Shown one piece after another: positions 36,203 to 45,718 of a stretch of 64,000 nucleotides of DNA. The translations under genes and the position numbers were made by a program. How positions within the stretch are numbered: position 1 is the stretch's first letter; each line of letters opens with the position of its first letter. Source of the stretch: a virus; the IMG/VR virus record IMGVR_UViG_3300009388_000001, positions 1 through 64,000 of that record. One strand, given 5' to 3'. Under the pieces are notes generated by a model that did no database searches, had not been told where the DNA came from, and saw only the letters and a list, made by a program, of their open reading frames with translations.

Positions 36203-36553
36203 TTACAACATTCTTATGATACGCGTAGAAGAAAAAGAAACAACGTCTCTGGTACGCTTGATTTCATTCATAGCATTTTCAAGTTGAGTTTTTGTTGTAC
36301 ATGGCAAAACAATAAAATTAAACCATGCGCCTCCGGGACCAGCCAAACCCCATGTATAATAGACACCGAAACTTTGCTGATCGGAATATAGTCGGATCAT
36401 ATCAGCATAGGAATCCTTAAATGCAACATTGCCGCGAGTACATTCCTGCGCAAACTCTTTCTGTATCTTGCCGAATTGTTCCGATGTTGTGTCTTTGGTA
36501 GATAATTCAATAATCTTTCCAATGCCATTGAAATGAATAAGGTATTTATTCAT
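36203..36553 (-). CDS. hypothetical protein
   Basis: 116 aa with TAAGGAGGAAC upstream of the ATG. Confidence 0.5.
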   Translation of the reverse strand: MNKYLIHFNGIGKIIELSTKDTTSEQFGKIQKEFAQECTRGNVAFKDSYADMIRLYSDQQSFGVYYTWGLAGPGGAWFNFIVLPCTTKTQLENAMNEIKRTRDVVSFSSTRIIRML

Positions 36554-36595
36554 GTTCCTCCTTAGAATAGGGTAGGGCGGTTAAGAAAACTTATT

Positions 36596-36940
36596 TCACT
36601 TAGTTAACAAAGCTTGCTTTGCCTGCTCTTTCTTGAGTGCTTCTTTCTTTCTGAAGTGCCAGCGGATAGCACTTGCAACATCAAAACCGCTAGGAATTCT
36701 TTCCCAATCTTTAATCATATTTCCATGCTGATCTGTTGTACGTCCTGATCTGGGAAAAGAAGGATCCATATCACATACTATCTGCCATAAAGTCATACCT
36801 GTACCGGTAATCATAGAATGACACACTTCGTCCCAATCTTCGGAAGCAGGGCAGGGGTTTTCAATGTACGATTTTATTTTGTCCTTTACTGTTATATCAA
36901 GCGATCCAAACGGAGTGGCGCACTGTTTTAATAATTTCAT
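36596..36940 (-). CDS. hypothetical protein
   Basis: 114 aa, co-directional. Confidence 0.45.
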   Translation of the reverse strand: MKLLKQCATPFGSLDITVKDKIKSYIENPCPASEDWDEVCHSMITGTGMTLWQIVCDMDPSFPRSGRTTDQHGNMIKDWERIPSGFDVASAIRWHFRKKEALKKEQAKQALLTK

Positions 36941-36958
36941 ACTTAATTACCTTTTGTC

Positions 36959-37144
36959 TTAATATAGTTCTAATGCTTGCCGTGCCATGCATGGTTCGCA
37001 TTTGCATACAGTTCCGCAATTTCTTTTTACACATCTTTTTTTAGCCATATATTCTAAAACTGCTTTCGTGGCTCTTTTTCTTTTAGTTCGCCATTTTGAG
37101 CAATCTTGACATGTGCATATTTTTTGATCGTGTTCCTCTGACAT
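36959..37144 (-). CDS. small zinc-finger-like protein
   Basis: 61 aa containing CTCQDC...CGTVCKCEPC. AAGGTGG upstream. Confidence 0.45.
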   Translation of the reverse strand: MSEEHDQKICTCQDCSKWRTKRKRATKAVLEYMAKKRCVKRNCGTVCKCEPCMARQALELY

Positions 37145-37169
37145 ACTTAGCCACCTTACAAAACTTAGT

Positions 37170-37700
37170 TTAATTATTCGCCGTATATGGAACAGCGTCG
37201 CCGCGTTGTTCTTTGCCTAACTTCCTCATGTAATAACGGATCCAGACAAACCATTCCCGGTGCGTAAGTTCATCTCCACATAAGCCCGCATTGCCTGTCT
37301 CTTTGCGGTATTCAGATAATTCTCCGGACAGCCAGGCGCGAGGCAGATAAAACCACCATGGATCGTACAAAATGCTTAATTTGTCCGCCCAACATAGCAG
37401 GGAAGGGGGCATACCGTTATCTCGGGCATAGTGTCGTGAGTGGTAAAGACAAAAATATGCCCATTTTGGATCATCAAAAAGATATAATGCGATAGTCCAT
37501 GCAAGTTCTGGATGTTTTATACCTTCAACACCATTCATATTTTCTTTGCCCCAGTATCCCCAATCATGAATAATGATACAGACCACTTCGCGCCAGTTTG
37601 GAAACTTACCGTAAAGTTTGTACCACGCAATGATCACGGTAATTGGATGCCAGATGAATTGATGTACGCCGAATAAAAGACTTTTAGTTCCTGTTTTCAT
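37170..37700 (-). CDS. hypothetical protein with N-terminal hydrophobic segment
   Basis: 176 aa with an IIHDWGYWG motif (possibly HD-like). Not confidently assigned. Confidence 0.45.
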   Translation of the reverse strand: MKTGTKSLLFGVHQFIWHPITVIIAWYKLYGKFPNWREVVCIIIHDWGYWGKENMNGVEGIKHPELAWTIALYLFDDPKWAYFCLYHSRHYARDNGMPPSLLCWADKLSILYDPWWFYLPRAWLSGELSEYRKETGNAGLCGDELTHREWFVWIRYYMRKLGKEQRGDAVPYTANN

Positions 37701-37721
37701 GACTTATATTCCTTATCAAAC

Positions 37722-38387
37722 TTAGTTTTCTTTTGATTTTAAGTTTACTAAAATATCACCGAATATTTCCGGCAATAAAATTGTCAGTTCTTCCAGTAAT
37801 GGAACCATGATTTCCCGCATTTGCGGATGTGCTGTGTGAGAAGTCCGGAGTTTTAATACATGGCGCCACTCGCGGAGATTCGCCGTCATGACGATCTCGG
37901 TCTTGAGGCTGTTCGGCAATACCGACCGTGCCTGCTGTGGAGAACAGTTACCTTTTAACAATTCACAATAGGTTTCCTCGGCGGTTGCCATTGCAAGATA
38001 CCATTTCCATGTATTGTTATCGAGATTTGCATTATCCAATAACCAATGAACGCCAGGTTCAATGTTTATCCACGGTGGAATAATGAATGTTACTCCGCCA
38101 TTATAATTGCAATATCTCGTCGATTCCTGACTGAATGCGACCAGGCGATGCCTCGCCATTTCATGCGTGACGCCGCGATCCACAATAAAACGGACAGAAA
38201 TAGATTCGTGCTCGATGACAGACTCATGACCTCGTTTGATTACCATGGTAATAAACTTAGACGCTGAGTCTTCGGTCATTTTATCTTCGGATTTATAACA
38301 TGTACGGCCGGCAGCTTCGATGCGCCGAAGCAGGACAGGGCGGTTAATTTCCGTAAGAATTTTGTAACTGGGTTTGACAAGAATCAT
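37722..38387 (-). CDS. thyX: FAD-dependent thymidylate synthase
   Basis: ThyX signature ARHRLVAFSQESTRY (RHRxxSxxxxSxR). Confidence 0.85.
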   Translation of the reverse strand: MILVKPSYKILTEINRPVLLRRIEAAGRTCYKSEDKMTEDSASKFITMVIKRGHESVIEHESISVRFIVDRGVTHEMARHRLVAFSQESTRYCNYNGGVTFIIPPWINIEPGVHWLLDNANLDNNTWKWYLAMATAEETYCELLKGNCSPQQARSVLPNSLKTEIVMTANLREWRHVLKLRTSHTAHPQMREIMVPLLEELTILLPEIFGDILVNLKSKEN

Positions 38388-38576
38388 TTATTTCTCCTCC
38401 ATATTTAATAAATCCTGGACATCACAATCGACAAAAACCGCAATACCTTTATCTTCTCCTTCTGGTGTTACGAAATATGCAATATCCGGCATTAGTTTAT
38501 GATCATGTACTTCATGACCAGCTTTTAATATCTTTGCGATTTCTTCATCATCTGCCAAACCGATTATCCATGCCAT
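38388..38576 (-). CDS. hypothetical protein
   Basis: 62 aa with AAGGAG upstream. Confidence 0.45.
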   Translation of the reverse strand: MAWIIGLADDEEIAKILKAGHEVHDHKLMPDIAYFVTPEGEDKGIAVFVDCDVQDLLNMEEK

Positions 38577-38589
38577 TATTTTTCTCCTT

Positions 38590-38784
38590 TTACTTTAACT
38601 GCACAATTACATTGCCCAGAACGGCCTCGATATCTTTCTTCAGGCTGCCGCGCATTTTGCCCAGTTCTTCTTCCAGTTTATGCGTGGCATCCAGGATGGC
38701 CCGGGCGTCGGAATGCGCGAGTACGGTATAAATGTAATTTTGTCCCTGATAGGGTAGGTGGACGACTCTTTCTATTTTGGGCAT
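38590..38784 (-). CDS. hypothetical protein
   Basis: 64 aa with GGAGGCAGCC upstream. Confidence 0.45.
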   Translation of the reverse strand: MPKIERVVHLPYQGQNYIYTVLAHSDARAILDATHKLEEELGKMRGSLKKDIEAVLGNVIVQLK

Positions 38785-38829
38785 CTTAACAAGGCTGCCT
38801 CCTTATTAAAATAAGTTTACTTAGTTTTG

Positions 38830-40413
38830 TTATGCTGCTGTTAATAATAATTCATTTTGCTTCGTGGCGAATAACTGCTTGCCGACATGCTTGCAGTATT
38901 CCAGGGATCCCTCGAATGAATCAATGACGTCCTGTTCTTCCTTGCTGCAATCCTGATACGGTTTGTCGCCATAATCAAAAGGAAGAAAGTTCTTACCGCG
39001 GCACGCTGTAACATTGAACCGGCGCAAGATATCATCACTGTTAAAAGTCAGATGAAGCGTTCCCTTTTTGTAGGCTGTAAGGGTAAAATATGTGCTCCAT
39101 ATTTTACTATTTATCTGATTGTGTAACGCACTGTTTAAAGCTGCATGAATAGAACAATATTTGGACATGCCATCAAAATAATTCATGACAATATCGATAT
39201 CGTTTAGTTCTTCAAGACCATACGCTAATTTCCATTTTCCGGAATAATCATTACAAAATGGACCGCCTTTATATCCACCATAGACAGGAATAATCACTTT
39301 CTTGTTGACATAAAATGCCTTGTTTGTTTTCCAACCATTGAAATAATGAATATTATCGTTATCCAATTCCTTTGAATAAGAATGTTTGATCGTAAATTTA
39401 TCGAAAATTTCCAGAACGGCTTTCGTCAATGTATCCTCGTAACCGCCGATAAAATTAATAACGAACTGTCGGATATTACTTTCAGTAAAATTCATGTTGC
39501 AGTGTTGCGTTAGTTGCACCTCAAACTCACTTCGTCTTTTTGATGTCATGCGCTTCCTAACCTCATCAAGATCAAGCGTCCGGCGCCAGAAATCAGTTCT
39601 CACTCGTTTTAGCAAAGTATTCAATTTGGTCTTCATCATTGCAGTCATATCACCACCATGGGGTTCCCACTTGTCTAACTCACGATCCAGAGCGATATAC
39701 TGACCGACTTTTTTGTAATTTTTGTAATAACCGATGATTGTTTCGGTACCGATTTTAATGACCTGATTATATTCAGCTACCAATTCCGCAATAGTCTGCC
39801 TTGTCGATACTTCATAATTTTCCTTGAGCTCCGGATCCCTATCATGTGTCTGATCACTGCAGCCCTCGAAAAGATCATCTTCGACCTTGCGTTCAATGTT
39901 TATATAAATCAGTGCAATTTCGACACCGGTCGGACGTTCAGCATTTTTGAAAGCACCCTGAATGTATTCAATATCAGCATTTAATTTGGATAGTTTCTTG
40001 ACAAGAGCTTTCCGGTAATTTGTGTGCGGATTCTTGATTGTTTCAGCATTGAGAAGAAAAATAATTTCTCCGCAATACATGATATCAATTGCCTTCAGTA
40101 AATGCAGTTCGCCATCGGCAAACGGCGGGTTGGCAATAATGAGATCGAATTTATCATGTCCGGAAAAATCAAGAAAATCCGTGTCAATAAGTTTATAGCC
40201 TTTTCCGCGCAAGGTGGCCTGCAGATCAGGGTCCTTCTCAATGACGGAAATACAATCGCCGCCTCGACTATATCTGTACCGTTCACAAAGGGCCTCGATA
40301 ATATCACCCTTGCCGCCTGATGGTTCAAGAATATTACCTGGATGACCTTTAATTTTGTCGAGCATTCGGTTAATCAATTTCAATGGTGTCGGATAAAAAT
40401 CTTTATTGATCAT
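38830..40413 (-). CDS. N6-adenine DNA methyltransferase (orphan; no cognate nuclease seen)
   Basis: Motif I ILEPSGGKGDII and motif IV IIANPPF. The ATG at 40413 is preceded by GAGGCAGCT. Confidence 0.75.
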   Translation of the reverse strand: MINKDFYPTPLKLINRMLDKIKGHPGNILEPSGGKGDIIEALCERYRYSRGGDCISVIEKDPDLQATLRGKGYKLIDTDFLDFSGHDKFDLIIANPPFADGELHLLKAIDIMYCGEIIFLLNAETIKNPHTNYRKALVKKLSKLNADIEYIQGAFKNAERPTGVEIALIYINIERKVEDDLFEGCSDQTHDRDPELKENYEVSTRQTIAELVAEYNQVIKIGTETIIGYYKNYKKVGQYIALDRELDKWEPHGGDMTAMMKTKLNTLLKRVRTDFWRRTLDLDEVRKRMTSKRRSEFEVQLTQHCNMNFTESNIRQFVINFIGGYEDTLTKAVLEIFDKFTIKHSYSKELDNDNIHYFNGWKTNKAFYVNKKVIIPVYGGYKGGPFCNDYSGKWKLAYGLEELNDIDIVMNYFDGMSKYCSIHAALNSALHNQINSKIWSTYFTLTAYKKGTLHLTFNSDDILRRFNVTACRGKNFLPFDYGDKPYQDCSKEEQDVIDSFEGSLEYCKHVGKQLFATKQNELLLTAA

Positions 40414-40729
40414 AGCTGCCTCTATGTTTAAGCCCGGAGCGACCGCCACTTCAACACATACCCCTATGCGTCAAAAAAAGTGCACTCTTGTACAGCAGTC
40501 ACTCCGGGAAAATTTTAGAAGAGAGCAATAACGCGCCCCTCGCGAATAATTCCATGATCCTGGCTTGTATTATCTTGCTCATTCAGTAGTGGTCATTACT
40601 GGTTTTACGTTATGCGCTTTCCGCAGTTTTGCAAGACAGGTAAAATTTTAATCCGTACCTCTTTGTGGAACCCCGATCATTTGTTTATTTATCCGTGAGC
40701 CGATAGGCCTGTTATCCCCATAGTCGGAT

Positions 40730-41005
40730 CTAAGCGGCTTTTGCTTGCTGGCTTGGAAGGTCATTTATTCCTTCATTGGCTTGCTCGCTATTCGCCGCCG
40801 CTCCCTCTTGATTATTTTTCTTTTCATCCCAAAGTTCATTCATCTTGGAATGAAATGCTTTGTTCCACTTGGCACTCCATTTTTCAATTTCTTCATCTTT
40901 TTGATGATGTTTAGATGATGCAAACGGTTTAGGACCGGCAACTTCATCCGCATATTTTTCCGCAATGGGGATCAGTTTATTTCTTTCAATTTCGTAATTT
41001 GTCAT
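40730..41005 (-). CDS. hypothetical protein
   Basis: 91 aa with AAGGAA upstream. Confidence 0.45.
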   Translation of the reverse strand: MTNYEIERNKLIPIAEKYADEVAGPKPFASSKHHQKDEEIEKWSAKWNKAFHSKMNELWDEKKNNQEGAAANSEQANEGINDLPSQQAKAA

Positions 41006-41023
41006 GTTGTATTCCTTTCTTAC

Positions 41024-41869
41024 TTATGTTATTGCATTACTTTGAACATTGTAATCTTTCATAACTATTCCATCTTTATTTTGACCACGAACATGAGGTT
41101 GCCACCAGAATAAACCAGTAATTCTTCCAAATAATGGATGTTCTTTTGTGAATTCCTTAAAATGTCCTCGACAAAGATGAACACGATTATGATCAATAGG
41201 GACTATCCCCGGTCGATAATCTTTTTTATTTTTATTTGAAATATCTATGTTTAAAACATGATAATTAAATATTGGTTGTTTTTTATTTCGTTGTCTCTTT
41301 TTGTTTAGCTTTTTGGAAGCAATGATCTTTTGAGAAATAATATTTTTGCAATTAAGTAATACCAAAAAACGTGACACAAGAGAGGCAAAATATCTTAACA
41401 TTTTGTCAGAAGTTTCCTCTAAATCTTCCCATGGAATCTGTTGAACAGGATCTTTCGATATATCATATGCCCATTGTGTAGTACGGTTGGCGCTAAGCAA
41501 TATTCCATATTGATAAAAAGTCCACAGTCCTTTTTTTTCACCATTTGTCTTAAGATGTAAAAATGGAATTATGAAAAGTTGATCATTTTCAAATTGATTA
41601 ATAATAGAAATTTGAAATCCCATTTTAGAACAAATAATATTTTTCACTCGATTGTTTTTAATACACTTACAATCCACCCAACAAGCATCATGAGGTAATT
41701 TGATATATTTGTAAAAAGAAGAATCATTCGCCGTTTTTCGGGTAAGATTAAAAATATTATCAGTATCACCTATATGGTAATGTTCAATTTCTAATAAACT
41801 ATTAATACAATCCCTAATGAATGGAATTTTTATATTAGGAAAATCTTCAATTACTTGATGTGCGTACAT
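41024..41869 (-). CDS. hypothetical protein (visibly AT-richer coding region)
   Basis: 281 aa. Its start overlaps the upstream stop as TAATG. No motif recognised. Confidence 0.5.
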   Translation of the reverse strand: MYAHQVIEDFPNIKIPFIRDCINSLLEIEHYHIGDTDNIFNLTRKTANDSSFYKYIKLPHDACWVDCKCIKNNRVKNIICSKMGFQISIINQFENDQLFIIPFLHLKTNGEKKGLWTFYQYGILLSANRTTQWAYDISKDPVQQIPWEDLEETSDKMLRYFASLVSRFLVLLNCKNIISQKIIASKKLNKKRQRNKKQPIFNYHVLNIDISNKNKKDYRPGIVPIDHNRVHLCRGHFKEFTKEHPLFGRITGLFWWQPHVRGQNKDGIVMKDYNVQSNAIT

Positions 41870-42936
41870 TATGCTGCCAACCTCGTAATTATGCGCCAGT
41901 CTGCCGGACGAAGATCGATGATCTGACCGCCGATCTTTTCCAATTCTGTGGATCGGTCATAATCATCGAGCTCGCCGGCCAGGTTCGTTACTGCCGAAGA
42001 CAATCCCCACTGCGTAAAGTCCTTGCTTTCCAGAAGCCGGGCCAGAATATCCTTGCCTTCATTCTGAGTCATGGAATAACGCTTGGTAACATCTTCGATG
42101 GTATCGGTGATCATGCGCGGATTGAGCGGGTTCTCTGCAGCCGCGCGGAATTTTGCCAGTTCTTCATTGAATTTCTGGCGATTCAGCGCATGTTTCAATG
42201 TGTCGCGAACCTTTAACTTGAATGCGTGTTCATCTGCAGCAATGGTCTCAGCGGAATATATCGGACTGCTGCTTTCTTCGTTTTCATTGACCTCAATGCG
42301 CTTGCCAACATGATATTCTTTCATACTGTGTTCACGCATCATGCCGTTCATGCAGGAAAGCGTCAGAACAAACAGCGATAAATCGAATGCTCCACAGCCG
42401 ACTTCAGAATTACGGAGCGAAAAACCGCCCTTAACAACCTGACCGACCCGTACCTCGCCGACAAGCAGATCTGAAACAACCTTAACGAACATCTGTTTTT
42501 CAGAAAGGTTGCTGGACATTATTTCCAGTTTATTTTCCGGATTGAGCATGAAGGGTAGGGCTTCCGTGAGAACTGTTATATTTTCCTTGCGTTTGTATCT
42601 ATCCGACAAGATTGCCCGGACATTGCCGTCAACCGTTCGGACAAGCCGTCTTTCCGGTATACGGTGCAGCCAGTTGTTGACATTCTGATCCAGAAGGGCA
42701 GGGGCTTCTTCCTGCATGCGCTTGTAATAATCGCGGGGAATTTTTAACCTTGCGCCAATCTGTTCATGGGCAAGCTGACTGACCGTATATTCACTGCTAT
42801 TGCCGTTATCGCCGATCATCAGTGTCTTGCCGTCTTTCATGGCCATTCTGGTCGACGGTACTACCAGATCTTTCTTGCCATCCTCGATTATCTGAATACG
42901 GGCGGCAAGTTCAACTATAGATATGCCTTTGTTCAT
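41869..42936 (-). CDS. DUF932-like protein (family common on plasmids, ICEs and phages)
   Basis: 355 aa. The central segment VRAILSDRYKRKENITVL resembles the DUF932 pattern I recall. GGAGGCAGAC upstream. Confidence 0.4.
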   Translation of the reverse strand: MNKGISIVELAARIQIIEDGKKDLVVPSTRMAMKDGKTLMIGDNGNSSEYTVSQLAHEQIGARLKIPRDYYKRMQEEAPALLDQNVNNWLHRIPERRLVRTVDGNVRAILSDRYKRKENITVLTEALPFMLNPENKLEIMSSNLSEKQMFVKVVSDLLVGEVRVGQVVKGGFSLRNSEVGCGAFDLSLFVLTLSCMNGMMREHSMKEYHVGKRIEVNENEESSSPIYSAETIAADEHAFKLKVRDTLKHALNRQKFNEELAKFRAAAENPLNPRMITDTIEDVTKRYSMTQNEGKDILARLLESKDFTQWGLSSAVTNLAGELDDYDRSTELEKIGGQIIDLRPADWRIITRLAA

Positions 42937-42960
42937 AAGTCTGCCTCCTTATGTTATATT

Positions 42961-43434
42961 TTATGCCGCGAGCTGTTTTTGTTCCTGAAATTCCGGTAAG
43001 ATCTTGTACGATTCGGACATAAGTTTTATTTCTTCAGTGAGATTTTCAAAAATCTTCTTAACATCATCGCCGGCACCCATGAGTTTGATCTTTTTCAAAG
43101 CATTCTCCTGAGCGATTTCAGCTTCAACCAATGGTGTAAACATTTCACGAAGTCGCCGTTCTACTTCACGATCGACCTTGCAGAGATTTTTGCTATTACT
43201 CCAATAATTGTTATTAAAATCTGCAAGTTTATCCTTAATTTCTTCACGGCGAATCTCGATGGCCTCATATTCAGCTAACAGATCATAAATACCGAAATCT
43301 TTCTTAACCTGAATTTCAATGTGACTTTTCATCGCTTCAGATTTAGCTTTCAGCATATTGATCAATGGTTCATATTCTTTTTTAACTAGTTCAATGTACA
43401 TCTCAATCATTCCCAGACTTAATCCTTTGCCCAC
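42961..43434 (-). CDS. hypothetical coiled-coil protein
   Basis: GTG start at 43434, 8 nt after AAGGAGG. The longer upstream extension has no SD. Confidence 0.45.
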   Translation of the reverse strand: MGKGLSLGMIEMYIELVKKEYEPLINMLKAKSEAMKSHIEIQVKKDFGIYDLLAEYEAIEIRREEIKDKLADFNNNYWSNSKNLCKVDREVERRLREMFTPLVEAEIAQENALKKIKLMGAGDDVKKIFENLTEEIKLMSESYKILPEFQEQKQLAA

Positions 43435-43538
43435 GTTGCATTTCCTCCTTGAAATTAATTTTACGGAACGGGCAGGGGAGAATTCATATCCGTTGCGACA
43501 AAACACGCATCAAACATGCGCCCCTGCCCATAAAGTTA

Positions 43539-45233
43539 TTACTTTTTATCTTCGCTTGATTCCATTACAGTCGTCCGGTAAACTTTGTCGTATTTACCAT
43601 TGGCGACAGCTGCAATTTCATCTGGAATAATACCTTTGAGATCTTTCTTCAAAAACATATCGACAAGACCGGTTTTCTTGTATTTACTCAAAGCTTCCTC
43701 GGTTAAATTCAGAATCTTGGATTTCTTGTTCATGGCGATCAATTGATCTTTGGACTTGCGGCTGAGATAATCCTTGTTCATCACAAAAGATTTCTCAATG
43801 TGCAGACCGAACATTTCAGCAATTTTTCTGCGTTTGCTGAGACGGAAATGTCTTTGCGACATGATCATCTTGATTGAAATTTCCCTGATATAGGCCTGAA
43901 CTTCTGATAATTTCATGGTAAATATGGACTCGATGAACTTATCGTCAACTCCATATTCTGAACTTTTTATCTTCCGGTCTTTCAGCACAGCGCTCAATGC
44001 TCCGGGATTATTGATACTCAACGCTAGCAACTGGACTCTGGCAAGTTCTACGCCCTCCGGTTTCTTCATGATGACAGGCGGCAGATTTTCGAAGTAGAAT
44101 TTTTCCGCCGTATCGTAGGCCAAATTTTCCGATTTTACTTTCTTTTTTTTCTGAGAAGCCTTTTCGCTGACTTCAGCGGACGGAGTAGTTTCGGCTGTTT
44201 TCTTGCTGTATGTCTTGGCGTAACATGCCTTGTCGCCGTTACAAACCGGATAAATACCTGAACTGCATTTATCATCGAATACCGTGACGAATTTATCGCA
44301 TTTCAGACAAGCAGCCTTGGTTGTGTAAATAACAAACAATTCAGCCTTGTCCATTTTAAGGACATATCCATTTGTTTTCTGGCTTTTAACCGATGAATGA
44401 TTTTTCCAGTTATCCGGCAACGCTTTCATCTGATTGGCGTTAAAACAACCAGGATTGTTGCATGTAGCTTTTTTGGCTTCACTGATATTATTGCCGAAAA
44501 GTTTCTGCTGATGTTTTGTGGAGCATTGGCATGCTTCGCACCCAACTATCTTAGTGTCGAAGATAGCGTTAGTAAAGTTCATACTGTTTCGATCAATCCA
44601 ATGTTTGAGATCAATAACGGTAGCCTCGTCTTCAATAACTTCCTTGACTAATGACTTTGCCTGTTCAGCATCGACTCTCAGTAATTGTTCGAGGTGGCCA
44701 AAAAGCAATTTTCCATTTTGCCATAGTTTCAATATCGATTCCGGAAGATCGAGGATCCTGGCGCGGCGCTGAATGTAATGAATATTGATACCGGTCTTTT
44801 CCGATAAATCATCAATGGCCTGCGAATCTTTGAATCTTGCGAGATAATCCTTAAATGACACGGCCTGTTCGTAATCGGTGAGATCCTTGCGCTGCAGGTT
44901 TTCAATAAACATCATCTGCAAAGCGGTTTCATCATCAACATTTTCTATAAGGCACGTCGGCTCGTAATCTTTGGGAAGGTCTCCCAGGTCAATTGCTTCC
45001 ATGATAGCCGTGATCCTACGTTCACCCGCGATCAATTCGAGCTTGCCGTTGTTTTTATACTGCCGAACCCTGAGCGGCTGGATTAAACCGTCGCCATTTT
45101 TATTGAATAGACTGACGATTGACTGACGCAATCCGGTCAAATCGCCCATTTCATTCCGGGGATTAAGTCCATTAACTACAATCTTTGCCACCGGAACCTT
45201 CTGCAATACTGCTACTTGCTGTTCTTCTGCCAT
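43539..45233 (-). CDS. ParB/Srx N-terminal-domain protein
   Basis: Motif LIAGERRITA. 564 aa with central Cys clusters. GGAGGCAGCC upstream. Confidence 0.7.
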   Translation of the reverse strand: MAEEQQVAVLQKVPVAKIVVNGLNPRNEMGDLTGLRQSIVSLFNKNGDGLIQPLRVRQYKNNGKLELIAGERRITAIMEAIDLGDLPKDYEPTCLIENVDDETALQMMFIENLQRKDLTDYEQAVSFKDYLARFKDSQAIDDLSEKTGINIHYIQRRARILDLPESILKLWQNGKLLFGHLEQLLRVDAEQAKSLVKEVIEDEATVIDLKHWIDRNSMNFTNAIFDTKIVGCEACQCSTKHQQKLFGNNISEAKKATCNNPGCFNANQMKALPDNWKNHSSVKSQKTNGYVLKMDKAELFVIYTTKAACLKCDKFVTVFDDKCSSGIYPVCNGDKACYAKTYSKKTAETTPSAEVSEKASQKKKKVKSENLAYDTAEKFYFENLPPVIMKKPEGVELARVQLLALSINNPGALSAVLKDRKIKSSEYGVDDKFIESIFTMKLSEVQAYIREISIKMIMSQRHFRLSKRRKIAEMFGLHIEKSFVMNKDYLSRKSKDQLIAMNKKSKILNLTEEALSKYKKTGLVDMFLKKDLKGIIPDEIAAVANGKYDKVYRTTVMESSEDKK

Positions 45234-45306
45234 AAGGCTGCCTCCTTTTTATTTAGTTGTATAAGTTTACTTAGTTTTATAATATTGCAAAAATAGCAGA
45301 ACAAGA

Positions 45307-45501
45307 TTAATTGATTTTTACATCTGCTATTTTATAAATTTCCGCCCATAATTGATTGCAATCACCGCATTGATTTATTACTTCAATGACATGATCGTAA
45401 AATCTTCTATTATAAATACTGATATTCTTTTTGTTGCAGAACGGACAATAATTCGGACTTCTTAAATAGTTCTGCTTTGCTTTTTCAGATAAATCCGGCA
45501 T
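45307..45501 (-). CDS. zinc-ribbon protein (paralogue of the next gene)
   Basis: 64 aa containing CPFCNKKN...CGDCNQLW. Confidence 0.5.
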   Translation of the reverse strand: MPDLSEKAKQNYLRSPNYCPFCNKKNISIYNRRFYDHVIEVINQCGDCNQLWAEIYKIADVKIN

Positions 45502-45698
45502 TAGACACCCTCCACGTCTGTTAGGTTATATACTTCGCGCCATTCGTTTTCGCATATATCGCAGCAAGCACTCTGAAATAATTTGCCTAGACCATTAGTG
45601 ATGTCACGGAAAAGAATATCCGTGCTACCGCAGAAAGGGCATTGATATGGATTATCGAGATAAACTATCTTATTCTTTTCAAGAACTTGCTTTGCCAT
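45501..45698 (-). CDS. zinc-ribbon protein
   Basis: 65 aa containing CPFCGSTD...CCDICENEW. GGAGGCCGC upstream. Confidence 0.5.
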   Translation of the reverse strand: MAKQVLEKNKIVYLDNPYQCPFCGSTDILFRDITNGLGKLFQSACCDICENEWREVYNLTDVEGV

Positions 45699-45718
45699 TA
45701 TGCGGCCTCCTTGATGAA

